From Candidatus Methanomethylophilaceae archaeon (GTDB lineage: Archaea > Thermoplasmatota > Thermoplasmata > Methanomassiliicoccales > Methanomethylophilaceae), in NCBI GenBank assembly GCA_944320495.1, contig CALUHR010000005.1, positions 1 through 64,000 of the forward strand: 64,000 bases of DNA, written 5' to 3'. How positions within the stretch are numbered: the stretch's first letter is position 1; every line of letters starts with the position of its first letter. Positions 11,361 through 21,403 of the stretch are shown here, piece by piece. A program made the position numbers and the translations under genes. The notes beneath the pieces were generated by a model. That model was not told where the DNA came from. It made no database searches and saw only the letters and a program-made list of their open reading frames with translations.

Positions 11361-12580
11361 CCATCAAGATTGCACAGCTCTCGTGCGGGACCGAGTACAG
11401 CAGCGTCCAGTACGAGATCGAGAAGGCGGCCAGGTCCGTCGGGGCCAAGATCGTGTACCCCGACGTTTCCGCCGCGGACATAGACGACGCCGTCAGGAGG
11501 TTCGGATTCACCCCGCGCTCCCCGCAGCTCAAGCTCATGATCGCCCGCGCCGCCGCACTGGCCGACGAGAAGTACGACGCGGACGCGGTGTTCATCACCA
11601 CATGCTTCAGGTGCGCCGAGGCCGCCCTCATCAGGAACGAGCTCAGGAGGTTCATCCAGGAGAACACCCGTCTCCCCGTGGTCACCTACTCGTTCACGGA
11701 GAGGCTCAAGGCGTCCCAGCTCCTCACGAGGATGGAGGCCCTCGTCACCATCGTCTCCAGGAAGGAGCTCCTCGCCAGGGAGAGGCAGACCGGCATCACC
11801 GTAGGCCTGGACTCCGGGTCGTCGACCACCAAGGCCGTCGTCATGGAGAACAACAAGATCATCGGCAAGGACTGGACCCCCTCGGGCGACGTCATCCAGT
11901 CGGCCACCCAGGTGCTGAACAACGCCCTGGAGATGGCGGGCATCGAGATGAAGCAGGTCGAGGCCATCGGGACCACCGGATACGGCAGGTTCACCCTCGG
12001 GGAGCACTTCGGGGCCAAGCTGGTCCAGGAGGAGCTCACGGTCAACTCCAAGGGCGCCGTCTGGCTCGCGGACAGGCAGAGGGGCGAGGCCACCATCATC
12101 GACATCGGCGGTATGGACAACAAGGCCATCACCGTCAGGGACGGCGTCCCGGACAACTTCACAATGGGAGGCATCTGCGCCGGAGCATCCGGAAGGTTCC
12201 TCGAGATGACCGCCAGGAGGCTCAAGATCGACGTCACCGAGCTCGGTGCGCTGGCGGACAAGGGCAACTGGCGCAACGCCAAGATGAACTCCTACTGCTC
12301 CGTCTTCGGTATCCAGGACCTGGTCACCACCCTCGGAGAGGGGAAGAGCTTCGAGGACGTCGCGGCCGCCGCCTGCCACTCCGTCGCCGAGCAGGTGTAC
12401 GAGCAGCAGCTCCAGGAGATCGACGTCAGGCACCCCATCATCGAGGTCGGAGGGACCTCGCTCATCTCCGGACTGGTCACCCAGGTCGGGGAGGTCCTCG
12501 GGGAGCGCCCTATCGTCCCGCCCGACTCGCAGTACATCGGTGCCGTCGGCGGCGCCCTGCTGAGCTCCGGATTCCTGTGA
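11357..12580 (+). CDS. mmp15: Methanogenesis marker protein 15 (BadF/BadG-type ATPase)
   Basis: [42 protein letters not shown] motifs; GTG start. Confidence 0.93.
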   Translation: MTIKIAQLSCGTEYSSVQYEIEKAARSVGAKIVYPDVSAADIDDAVRRFGFTPRSPQLKLMIARAAALADEKYDADAVFITTCFRCAEAALIRNELRRFIQENTRLPVVTYSFTERLKASQLLTRMEALVTIVSRKELLARERQTGITVGLDSGSSTTKAVVMENNKIIGKDWTPSGDVIQSATQVLNNALEMAGIEMKQVEAIGTTGYGRFTLGEHFGAKLVQEELTVNSKGAVWLADRQRGEATIIDIGGMDNKAITVRDGVPDNFTMGGICAGASGRFLEMTARRLKIDVTELGALADKGNWRNAKMNSYCSVFGIQDLVTTLGEGKSFEDVAAAACHSVAEQVYEQQLQEIDVRHPIIEVGGTSLISGLVTQVGEVLGERPIVPPDSQYIGAVGGALLSSGFL

Positions 12581-12589
12581 GGGATACCG

Positions 12590-13156
12590 ATGGACATCGA
12601 GATTGTAGGTGAGGACCCGTACGGCAGGGACGCCTATGCCAAGCTGTTCGACGAGATCATGAGCGACCTGAACAAGGCCGTCCTCATCGACCGCGTCAGG
12701 CTCGTGCTGAGGCCGGAGACCCCGCTGTTCATCTTCACCATCGTGCTGAAGGCCGCCCCCGGCCCCAAGACCGTGGGCGACATCGCCACCGTCAGGAAGG
12801 AGGTCGGAGGGGTCCACGTCACCATCACCGAGGAGCGCTATGCCCCCGACATCCTCACCGCCCTGTTCAACAGGTACGGGAGGCAGGGAGTGACCCAGCA
12901 GAACAGGTTCGACCTCGACGTCACCGGCGCCGAGGAGGAGGCCGTCGCCGGGATCACGATCACCTCCGGCGAGGAGGACAGGAGGGAGCTCATGGGCGCC
13001 GTCTGGAGGACGATGCCCGAGGGCATCAAAAACCGCAAGACGATGATGACCGACAACGTCATCACCGTGGTGGCCACCGAGGAGATACTCACCCCGGAGA
13101 TGGTCGCGGCCGGAAGGGAGGAGCACGTGCTCATGGGAGGTTCCGCCGATGTTTGA
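12590..13156 (+). CDS. mmp17: Methanogenesis marker protein 17
   Basis: Operon position; EERYAPDIL...G...QQNRF...RTMPEG motifs. Confidence 0.85.
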   Translation: MDIEIVGEDPYGRDAYAKLFDEIMSDLNKAVLIDRVRLVLRPETPLFIFTIVLKAAPGPKTVGDIATVRKEVGGVHVTITEERYAPDILTALFNRYGRQGVTQQNRFDLDVTGAEEEAVAGITITSGEEDRRELMGAVWRTMPEGIKNRKTMMTDNVITVVATEEILTPEMVAAGREEHVLMGGSADV

Positions 13157-14081
13157 GGTCCTGATGTACGACGGAGGAGTCTACCGCTCCGACGAGCTCT
13201 ACGAGATCATCGAGGACGTCGGAGGCGTCGTGCTGCAGAAGATCCGCAGCGCGCAGATGCTCACCGTCATCATGTCCGTCCCCGAGGAGGACAGGCAGGC
13301 CGTCGAGGCCGTCTGCAGGGACATCGGAGGGGAGGTCCGCAACGTGCCCCTGGCGGGCACCGAGATCGCGGTCATCGGCCCCACCCTGGGAAGGCACCAC
13401 ATGCCCCACCCTATCTGCGACATAGCCGAGATCCTCAGGAGGAACGGCGCCGTCACAGTCGTCATGGGCATGGCCCGCGGACGCGGAAAGGCCACCTCCC
13501 AGATCTCCATGACCGAGAGGTGCATCGTCGACGAGTACGACGGCGCCATCTTCATGATGGGCAACTTCAAGAGCTGCGTCGAGACCAAGGCCGCCCTCAT
13601 GCAGGACATCCATGTGCCCACGCTCCTCGTCTCCGGGCCCATGCCCGAGGGCATCGAGGGGACATGCGACGCAGTCGTGTCCGGTGTCGGACGCAAGGCC
13701 TCAAGGATGAGATCGGTCGAGGAGAGGGACAAGCTCAACGAGATCGTCGACGCCATGGAGAGGATCCTGAGGGACAAGAGCCGCAGCCTGGAGGAGGACC
13801 CGCTCTTCGTCCACCCGGCGGAGATCAAGCAGGTGCTCGAATCGTACGAGCCGATCAACATGTGCCTGCGCCCCGCACCGATGGTGCTTCATCTCGACGG
13901 ACTGAGGATCAAGATCCCGTACGCCGAGCACAGGGAGTACCTGGAGAACGTCATGATCTACGGCAGGAGGCTCGGCGAGATAGCCGACATCACCCCGTCT
14001 AAGATCGACGACAGCAGCGTCCTGATCCGCATCAAGTCCCGCTCCCAGATCGAGGACGAGGACCGCAGGAAAGCCCAGTGA
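13149..14081 (+). CDS. mmp7: Methanogenesis marker protein 7
   Basis: YDGGVYRSDELYE, PLAGTEIAVIGPTLGRHHMPHPICDIAE, GMARGRG, QDIHVP motifs. Confidence 0.92.
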   Translation: MFEVLMYDGGVYRSDELYEIIEDVGGVVLQKIRSAQMLTVIMSVPEEDRQAVEAVCRDIGGEVRNVPLAGTEIAVIGPTLGRHHMPHPICDIAEILRRNGAVTVVMGMARGRGKATSQISMTERCIVDEYDGAIFMMGNFKSCVETKAALMQDIHVPTLLVSGPMPEGIEGTCDAVVSGVGRKASRMRSVEERDKLNEIVDAMERILRDKSRSLEEDPLFVHPAEIKQVLESYEPINMCLRPAPMVLHLDGLRIKIPYAEHREYLENVMIYGRRLGEIADITPSKIDDSSVLIRIKSRSQIEDEDRRKAQ

Positions 14082-14518
14082 TGAAACGCAAGGGGACGTA
14101 CGTCCTCGCAATTACCCTGGACTCCGACCGCGACATCGCGGTCGGGGCCCTCGGAACCCTTCATTTTCCGGCCGGGACGTACTGCTACGTGGGGAGCGCC
14201 ATGGGCGGCCTGGACCAGAGGCTCCGCCGGCATCTGACCAGGGACAAGGTCCACAGATGGCATGTCGACTATCTGGTGGCAGAGGCCGCTGACGTCCGCG
14301 CCTACGAATCGCATCCCGATTTCGTACCCGAGTGCGAGCTCGCCCGCATGGCCGCGAACAGCGGGATGACGTGCGCCGCGAAAGGTTTCGGATGCTCCGA
14401 CTGCAGTTGCGCTACACACCTGTTCCGGGCTGACCCCGGCTCCATAGCCAGACTCGTCGACGCCGCCCGTCTTATCTCATATAATCTCATTTCTTTTCCC
14501 GACGGGAAACCCTTATAA
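14078..14518 (+). CDS. GIY-YIG (DUF123/Uri-like) endonuclease family protein
   Basis: KGTYVL...YCYVGSAMGGLDQRLRRH...HRWHVDYL...ECE...GFGCSDCSCATHL. Confidence 0.85.
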   Translation: MMKRKGTYVLAITLDSDRDIAVGALGTLHFPAGTYCYVGSAMGGLDQRLRRHLTRDKVHRWHVDYLVAEAADVRAYESHPDFVPECELARMAANSGMTCAAKGFGCSDCSCATHLFRADPGSIARLVDAARLISYNLISFPDGKPL

Positions 14519-14571
14519 CGCGCGGATACGTGTCTCGCTCCGTGAATGCCGCGAGAGCGGAGGTTCGTTCA

Positions 14572-17322
14572 ATGAAGAACATCAAAAACGTCAAAATCAG
14601 CGAGGAGGGGGTCGAGCACATCGCCTCCCTCATCGGCAGCGCCAAGATCAGGGAAGAGGACGGAAGGGTCATCGTGACCCCCGTCAACAACGAGGAGCTC
14701 AGCGCCGCCGTCGCGAGCGCCTTCTCCCACGGATGCTCCGTGACCCCCCTCTCCAAGAAGGGATCCCACACCGATGACGGCGGCATCCTCGTCGACATGT
14801 CCGAGATGAACGGCATCATCGACGTCGACGCCGAGCACATGACCGTCAAGGCCCAGGCCGGATGCAAGTTCCACGCCCTCATGAAGGCCGTCGACGAGGC
14901 CGGGTTCACCATCGGCGTCGTCCCCGCCGGAGCGGACCCCACCGTCGAGGACTGGATCTACACCGAGGATGCTGGAATCGGCTCCTTCAAGTACGGCACC
15001 GTCAAGGACAGCGTCTACAACATCATCGCCGTCGACTACGAGGGCGGAGTCCTCGAGACCGGATTCGACAAGATCGGCTACTACATGAGCGGGTACAACC
15101 TCATCCAGACCCTGTGCGCCTCCTCAGGAAGGCTCGCCATCGTCTCCGAGGTCACCTTCAGGATGCACCCCAAGGGCGTCACCAAGGCCGTGGCCTACTC
15201 CCTCCCCGACTCCGGGAAGATGCAGGAGGCCTTCCAGACCATCGCCCACCACCCGTCCCTCAAGCCTCTCCAGATCTCCTTCAACGGACCCGTCTGCGTC
15301 ATGGCCTTCCAGGGCGCCGAGGAGTTCGTGGACCTCGACCTCCAGCAGGCAGACGAGATCATGACAGGCGTCGGAGCCGTGAAGGAGGACCAGTCCGTCG
15401 CGGACGACAAGTTCGGCAACATCGCGGTCGGCGCCTGCGTCAACCCCGACGCGGCCACCTTCTACGTCCCCCTCAGGAACATGGACGCCTTCGTCGCCGC
15501 CGCCAACGGCATCGCCGACTTCAACATCGCCGGAAACATCCCCGACAAGAGCACCGCCTGCGTCAAGCTGACCGGTGACGTCGGAGAGGACAAGTACGAG
15601 GCAGCCGCGGACAAGGCCGAGGAGCTCGGCGGACGCGCCAGCATCAGGTGCCCCAGCAAGTACAGGGACGAGCCCACCAAGGACTTCATCAGGAGGATCG
15701 AGAGCGGATTCCTCGGCGCCGAGGTCGAGGAGCCCAAGCTCGACAGGACCGTCGACGAGAGGATCATCTCCGCCCTGAAGGCCATCGTCGGTGACAAGAA
15801 CATCACCACCACCGGCATGGACCGCATCCTGTACAGCCACGACATGGCCCCCCTCCCGAAGGAGGCCGGCCTCGCCTTCAACAACATGCCCGACGTCGTC
15901 GTAAGGCCCAGCACCCTGGAGCAGGTCTCCAAGATCGCCAAGCTCGCCTACGAGAACGGCGTCGCGCTCACCCCCAGGGGCAACGGGTCCTGGGGTCTCG
16001 GCGGATGCATGCCCACCGCGAAGGGAATCGTCCTGGACATGCCGTCCAAGATGAACCATGTCATCAGCATCGACGAGGAGAACCTCGTCGTCAAGGTCCA
16101 GGCCGGATGCACCTGGAAGAACCTGCTGGAGGCGTGCATGAAGAAGGGCTACATCATCGGATCCTACCCGTCCTCGTTCCCCTCCGCCACCATCGGCGCC
16201 TGGTACAACACCAACGGAATGGGAATCGGCTCCTACAAGTACGGCTCAGCCAGGGAGAACGTCGTCAACGCGGAGATCGTCGTCGACGACGGATCCATCG
16301 TCACCACCGGATGGGACGACGTGGGATCCTACCGCGCCTCGTTCAACCTGAACCAGTTCTTCTCCGGATGCGAGGGGACCCTCGGATACGCCGTCACCTT
16401 CACCATGAGGCTCCACCCCATGGGACAGATCAGGTGCCTCGCATACGAGTTCGACAACCTCGCGGACATCGACGGCCCCATGCAGGCCCTCGTCAACCAC
16501 CCGTCCGTGAAGCCCCTCCACATCGCCTGGTCCGACTACCTGCACTTCCAGAACCAGCACAGGGCCGGCGTCCACGCCCCCGACGTGAAGAACCTGTGGC
16601 TCGTCACCCTCCAGGGAGACGAGGCCCACAACGACCTCGAGGAGGCCGCCGTCACCGCCATGGCCGAGGCCGCCGGCGGAAGGAAGATCGCGAACGAGAT
16701 CGCCGAGCACGAGTGGGAGGAGAGGTGCTACGAGTTCAGGGCCAGGAAGGTCGGAGTCGGAGAGATCCCCGCCGAGGTCATCGTCCCCACCATCAACTGG
16801 GGCCAGTTCGCGGGTGACTGCTACAAGGGCTTCGAGGAGATGAAGATGGAGGCCGGAGGGGTCATCGGCGTCATGGTCGACAGGAGCACCGCCCTCTGGA
16901 TGCCCTACTACTTCAAGGACGACGAGATGCTCACCGGAATGCTCTCCTTCGGATTCAACTTCTACCTGGGCGACGTCGCCGCCAGGTACGGAGGCAGGTC
17001 CACCGGATTCGGAGTGTTCTTCGCCTGGATGACCGACGTCATCCACAACCACGACACCGCCGACATGCTCAGGGAGCTCAAGACCGTGCTCGACCCGCAC
17101 GACGTCGTCAACCCCGGCCACGTCACCTGCGGAATGACTAGGTTCGGAGTGGACATGAACAAGACCCTCATGTCCATGGGCAGCATGCTCATCCAGACCG
17201 TCAAGAAGCTCTTCCCGGCCGACAAGACCTTCGAGAAGAACCTCGCCAGGTTCAGGTACGACGACCTCGAGCACATCAAGAACCTCGACAGGGTCCACAC
17301 ACTGGGAGACGGAACCCAGTGA
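14572..17322 (+). CDS. FAD-linked oxidoreductase with two tandem GlcD/D-lactate-dehydrogenase-like modules
   Basis: Two FAD_binding_4-type repeats (GIGSFKYG / GIGSYKYG; SSGRLAIVSEV / CEGTLGYAV); C-terminal DPHDVVNPG. Confidence 0.85.
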   Translation: MKNIKNVKISEEGVEHIASLIGSAKIREEDGRVIVTPVNNEELSAAVASAFSHGCSVTPLSKKGSHTDDGGILVDMSEMNGIIDVDAEHMTVKAQAGCKFHALMKAVDEAGFTIGVVPAGADPTVEDWIYTEDAGIGSFKYGTVKDSVYNIIAVDYEGGVLETGFDKIGYYMSGYNLIQTLCASSGRLAIVSEVTFRMHPKGVTKAVAYSLPDSGKMQEAFQTIAHHPSLKPLQISFNGPVCVMAFQGAEEFVDLDLQQADEIMTGVGAVKEDQSVADDKFGNIAVGACVNPDAATFYVPLRNMDAFVAAANGIADFNIAGNIPDKSTACVKLTGDVGEDKYEAAADKAEELGGRASIRCPSKYRDEPTKDFIRRIESGFLGAEVEEPKLDRTVDERIISALKAIVGDKNITTTGMDRILYSHDMAPLPKEAGLAFNNMPDVVVRPSTLEQVSKIAKLAYENGVALTPRGNGSWGLGGCMPTAKGIVLDMPSKMNHVISIDEENLVVKVQAGCTWKNLLEACMKKGYIIGSYPSSFPSATIGAWYNTNGMGIGSYKYGSARENVVNAEIVVDDGSIVTTGWDDVGSYRASFNLNQFFSGCEGTLGYAVTFTMRLHPMGQIRCLAYEFDNLADIDGPMQALVNHPSVKPLHIAWSDYLHFQNQHRAGVHAPDVKNLWLVTLQGDEAHNDLEEAAVTAMAEAAGGRKIANEIAEHEWEERCYEFRARKVGVGEIPAEVIVPTINWGQFAGDCYKGFEEMKMEAGGVIGVMVDRSTALWMPYYFKDDEMLTGMLSFGFNFYLGDVAARYGGRSTGFGVFFAWMTDVIHNHDTADMLRELKTVLDPHDVVNPGHVTCGMTRFGVDMNKTLMSMGSMLIQTVKKLFPADKTFEKNLARFRYDDLEHIKNLDRVHTLGDGTQ

Positions 17323-17326
17323 TCCC

Positions 17327-17377
17327 GTGGCGGGCGCGAGCCCGCCACAAACATCCTTACGGCCCCCTCGGGGGCCG
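17327..17377. terminator. Twin hairpins between convergent genes
   Basis: GTGGCGGGC-gcga-GCCCGCCAC and CGGCCCC-ctcg-GGGGCCG. Confidence 0.55.
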
Positions 17378-17463
17378 ATGATCATTCTATTACGCATCCG
17401 GAAGCAGTATCGCTACGACTCCGCATCGGAACATGCGCCGCCGGCGGGACGGAGGATTTGGGA

Positions 17464-18147
17464 TCGGTAACCCCTGGACCTCAGCACATCGGGGATGTCG
17501 GCGACCGAGTCCACCACGGTCATACCCGGGAAGTCGGCCAGCCAGTCCTCGCGGGTGCAGGTGCCGGTGAGAACCCCGACGTAGTCCGCCCCCGCATCGC
17601 GCGCGGAATGCCAGTCGGTCAGGTTGTCGCCGACGTACAGGATCTCCTCCGGACGGACTCCGAGGAGACCGGCGAAATCCATCATCGCCTTGGGCGACGG
17701 CTTCGCATCATCGTAGAAGGTGTGGTCCCTGCCCATCACGGCGTCGAAATCCCCGAAGAGGGGTCCCAGCGCCCTGCGCGCGTACTCGAGGCTCCCGCGG
17801 GTCAGGATGCCCGTCTTCAGGCCCATCGCGCGGATCTCCTCCAGGGCCTCGACGTTTCCCGGGAACGGCTCCGCCTCATCGACGAACTCGCACTCGCACT
17901 CGGTGGCCAGATCGTCGATCTCGGAATTGATGGCATCCCACTCGGAACCGCGACCGTTGGCCTCCAGCCAGAGGCGTATCGGCGTCCTGAGCCTCTTCGC
18001 CCTCCCACCGAAATCTATCTCGTCGAAGGGTATGCCGTGGCGCTCCAGCACCGTGCGGTCTACGTTGTTCAGCCTGTCGTAGTCCACGTGAGTCCTGAGG
18101 AAGGTGCCGTCCATGTCGAATCCGACGGCCCTGTAGCGCCCTGCCAT
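17464..18147 (-). CDS. HAD-superfamily hydrolase (phosphoglycolate phosphatase-like)
   Basis: FDMDGT, ILTRG, KPSP, YVGDN motifs. First CGA is at 17464-17466 after VLRSRGY; standard-code end is 17413. Confidence 0.9.
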
Positions 18148-18184
18148 GGATGACCCGATGACGGCATCCGATTAGATGCTATCG

Positions 18185-19399
18185 TCACTGCGGGGGCCAC
18201 ATGCCCCTGAGCCTTCCGCCCTCGCGGTCGGCGTCCATGGTCCAGACCTCCATGCCGGGTATGACCATCCTGACGACGGGGACTTCCAGCTCGGGACGGG
18301 TCAGGTCAACGGCGACGACGCGGTCGAACCCCGCGTCCACCAGCCTGCCCAGGACCACCTCTATGTCATCGAGGACGTCGTCGGTGGACCCGTCGGGGAT
18401 GTCGGACAGGCTCACAGAGCCCCTCCCCTCACCGAACCACAGGCGGTTGAGCTCCTTCACCCTCTCGTACCCCATCTGGACTGTCGCCCTCTGGAGCTGG
18501 GCGTTGATCTTCTTGCCGTCCCTGTGGGTGGCCCTGCTCTGCGCCACCTCGGTGATCGCCCTGATGGCGGCGATCTCGGGATCAAGATGGGTACCGACAC
18601 CAATGGTCAGCATCTCCGGATCCCTGGTGGCCACATCGTCGGCCGCGGCACCGATGGTGGGAATGCCTGTGTCGCATGTCAGGTCCTTAAGATGGACCTC
18701 GACCCCGTGCTCCGCGAACCTCGCAATCAGCTTCCCTGGAAGGGAATCCGGATCGGCGATCACATCGGGTACGGAGAGGTTCCTGTACTCCGCGATGGAC
18801 CATGCATCCCTCTCGACGAGCTCGAAGGTCGCGTGGAGGACCGCCTCCTCCATGTTGTTGCCCGACGCGAGGCCGTTGGTGTGGTACTTGAAGAGCTGCA
18901 GGTCCGTGTCGGGGATGTACGGGTAGAACACCGCGCATGCGGGCACCCACACGCGCTCCCCTCTGAGGATGTCCCAACCCTCGGTCCATGCGATCTCCGC
19001 ACCCTGGAGGTTGTCGAGGGCCCAGATCGGCAGGATCATGTCCGCCGGCGGGATGGTTGCCATGACGTCGCATGCCTGCTCGTAGGTGCCGAAGACGACC
19101 TCGTCGTCCTCGCGCGGTTCGGCGCTGTAGCGCTCGATCGACTCCATGACCGCGGAGGCCTCGGCCTGCTCGCGGGTCACGCCCTTCCCGTTGTAGTACT
19201 TGGGGACCCCCATCGCGGTCTCCATGCGGTCCACGGAGAACACCGGGATCCCAATCTCGTCCTTCGACGTTATGTCCTCGGGCTCGCCGAGACCGGCGGT
19301 GCCCAGAAGGGGGAGGACCCTGGCGAGGGTCTCCTCCGGAGGGACCGCGCGTATCCCCGTTTCACGTGCGTACTTGGGACGGTGCTTGAGCTCCAGCAT
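18185..19399 (-). CDS. ycaO: YcaO-family McrA glycine-thioamidation protein (methanogenesis marker 1)
   Basis: YNGKG, ASAVMESIERYS, TNGLASGNNMEEAVLHATFELVERDA, RAITEVAQSR, VVRMVIPGME motifs; Pro-rich C-terminus WPPQ. Confidence 0.93.
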   Translation of the reverse strand: MLELKHRPKYARETGIRAVPPEETLARVLPLLGTAGLGEPEDITSKDEIGIPVFSVDRMETAMGVPKYYNGKGVTREQAEASAVMESIERYSAEPREDDEVVFGTYEQACDVMATIPPADMILPIWALDNLQGAEIAWTEGWDILRGERVWVPACAVFYPYIPDTDLQLFKYHTNGLASGNNMEEAVLHATFELVERDAWSIAEYRNLSVPDVIADPDSLPGKLIARFAEHGVEVHLKDLTCDTGIPTIGAAADDVATRDPEMLTIGVGTHLDPEIAAIRAITEVAQSRATHRDGKKINAQLQRATVQMGYERVKELNRLWFGEGRGSVSLSDIPDGSTDDVLDDIEVVLGRLVDAGFDRVVAVDLTRPELEVPVVRMVIPGMEVWTMDADREGGRLRGMWPPQ

Positions 19400-19408
19400 G
19401 CTTATTCT

Positions 19409-19724
19409 CCGATGGGTGCCGGGTGGCGGTAGTAGCCCCCCTTCTGTTTCAGACGGCATTCAACTTCGCGTCCTACCCGCGGGTCCCGGGCCGGTCTGCC
19501 CCGCTGTGCGGACTTGCTCCGGTGGGGAGTCGCCGTTTCACCAAATCCCCGGGAACGTCACCATCCAATGGATCATCCTGTCTACCGGGTCTGTGTCGTT
19601 TCTGTGCCCTTGCCACGGCTCTCGCCGTATCCGATTTCCGGATCCACCTCGCCCTTGGAGGAGGGAACTTCCTCAGCTGCCTTGCGACTACCGTCGGCCG
19701 TCCTCCGTCTCCCGGCACCCCGGC
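19409..19724 (-). ncRNA. rnpB: Archaeal RNase P RNA
   Basis: Minus strand carries GAGGAAGUUC (5' half of P4) and AAACAGAAGGGGGCUACU (3' half of P4), plus ACAGAAAC and GUGAAACGG; terminal P1 helix GGGUGCCGGG/CCCGGCACCC. Confidence 0.92.
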
Positions 19725-19790
19725 TATATCAGGAGGTTAGTTAAGGGAATCGGTCGACGGATTAAAGTCATCGGGCGCTATGCCCCATCC

Positions 19791-20018
19791 ATGGATGGGA
19801 ATGCGCTGAAGCGCACGGCAGTCATAGTCATCGCCGTGCTCTTCATACTCTTGTGCGTGACGATACCCGTCATGTACTTTGTCCTCGAGGCACCGCTGGT
19901 CCTCACCATCCTCGTCGCCGTGGTCTACATCGCGCTGGCGTGCGCCATGGCGTACTACTCCGTCGAGAGGCTGAAGGAGATCAGGGAGGGATTGGACGAT
20001 GCTGTTGACGACTACTGA
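19791..20018 (+). CDS. Small two-TM membrane protein
   Basis: 75 aa, two hydrophobic helices, overlaps the next gene by 20 nt. Confidence 0.75.
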   Translation: MDGNALKRTAVIVIAVLFILLCVTIPVMYFVLEAPLVLTILVAVVYIALACAMAYYSVERLKEIREGLDDAVDDY

Positions 20019-20316
20019 GAACGTCCCCGGGAGGCAGTACGAGATCCTCGGGGTCGTGAAGGGGAACATGGTCCAGACGAAGAACATCGCCCGCGACATC
20101 GGCCAGGGACTGAAGTCCATGGTCGGCGGGGAGCTGACCACGTACACCGAGATGATGAACGAGTCCCGCGCCATCGCCACCAAGAGGATGGTGGAGGAGG
20201 CCGAGAGGATGGGAGCCGACGCCATCGTGATGATGCGCTACTCGACGTCCGCGGTCGCGGCCGGAGCGGCGGAGATCATCGCCTACGGCACAGCAGTCAG
20301 GTTCGTCCGAGCCTGA
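19999..20316 (+). CDS. YbjQ/UPF0145 family protein
   Basis: LLTTTENVPG...GVVKGN...GGELTTYTEMM...GADAIV...YGTAV; ends GTC CGA GCC TGA (CGA 20308-20310). Confidence 0.92.
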   Translation: MLLTTTENVPGRQYEILGVVKGNMVQTKNIARDIGQGLKSMVGGELTTYTEMMNESRAIATKRMVEEAERMGADAIVMMRYSTSAVAAGAAEIIAYGTAVRFVRA

Positions 20317-20369
20317 AGATTCGTCTGTTTCGTACACATTTGCCGAACCAGGCACCGAATTGTTCACAA

Positions 20370-20394
20370 ACCGCCGCCCGACGGGGGCGGCGGT
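20370..20394. terminator. GC-rich hairpin between ybjQ and the integrase
   Basis: ACCGCCGCCC-gacgg-GGGCGGCGGT, 10-bp stem. Confidence 0.5.
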
Positions 20395-20400
20395 GATTAC

Positions 20401-21297
20401 TTGTCTGGTTTGGACATCGGAATCCAGGCGGAGTCGTACCTTTCCACGCTCCGCCGCAAGGGAAGGAAGGAATCCACCATAATCTGCTACCGCAACGGCC
20501 TGAGGCAGTGCTTCGCCTGCCTCATGCGCGACCACAGGTCGACGCTCGCCGAGGACATCAGCACCGACGACGTGCACTACCTCTGGGAGAACCTGACCGT
20601 CAAGGAGGAGGTCCGCCAGGGCTACCTCCGGAACCTCGCGGGGTTCGTCCAGTTCTACACGGGCAGGGACGTGGTGAAGCAGGCGGACATCCTCAGGAAC
20701 CGCGAGGTCCGCAACCGTGTGTTCATCGACCGCCAGGACTACGCGGTGCTCATACACAACGCCACGCCGTTCCAGCGGATCATCCTCGTGCTGGGGGGGA
20801 TGATGGGGCTCCGCAGGGTGGAGATGCTCGCTCTGACGGACGAGGACGTCTGCAGCGGGCACCTGGTCATCCATGGGAAGGGTCACGGAAACGAGGGGCT
20901 CGTGATCAACGCCTACATGCCGGCCATCGTCAGGGAGGAGATCGAGAGGTACCGCAGGTGGAAGTCCACCGTGATGCCGGACTCCGGGGACGGATTCCTG
21001 ATCCAGACGAGGTCACGCCGGGGCCAATGGTCCAGGGCGACACCTCAACAGGTCTCCGACGCCGTGAAGGAGCTGGGGCGGTGCTGCGGGATAGAGGTCA
21101 CAACCCATTCCCTGAGGAGGCTGTACGCGACCACGCTGTACTATGAGATCGCGGCGGACCTCCAGACAGTGAAGTGCCTCATGAGGCATTCCAGCGTGGA
21201 CACGACCCTCAGATGCTACATCCAGGCCAACGACACGAAGGCCCGCACCGCCGCCAGGGAGGTCTCCGAGATGCTCAGGGAATGCATAGACGTGTGA
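20401..21297 (+). CDS. Tyrosine recombinase/integrase (XerC-like)
   Basis: Catalytic residues appear intact: GLRRVE, GKG, HSLRR, MRHSS, LRCY; start codon uncertain. Confidence 0.88.
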   Translation: MSGLDIGIQAESYLSTLRRKGRKESTIICYRNGLRQCFACLMRDHRSTLAEDISTDDVHYLWENLTVKEEVRQGYLRNLAGFVQFYTGRDVVKQADILRNREVRNRVFIDRQDYAVLIHNATPFQRIILVLGGMMGLRRVEMLALTDEDVCSGHLVIHGKGHGNEGLVINAYMPAIVREEIERYRRWKSTVMPDSGDGFLIQTRSRRGQWSRATPQQVSDAVKELGRCCGIEVTTHSLRRLYATTLYYEIAADLQTVKCLMRHSSVDTTLRCYIQANDTKARTAAREVSEMLRECIDV

Positions 21298-21403
21298 GGT
21301 GCGGCCCGTACCTCCCTTCAGACGATCGGATGGCGGCCGGAACATGGGGATCCCCGTCTCTTCCGACCGCCATCTTTATCCGTGCACACCCCGAGACATG
21401 CGC

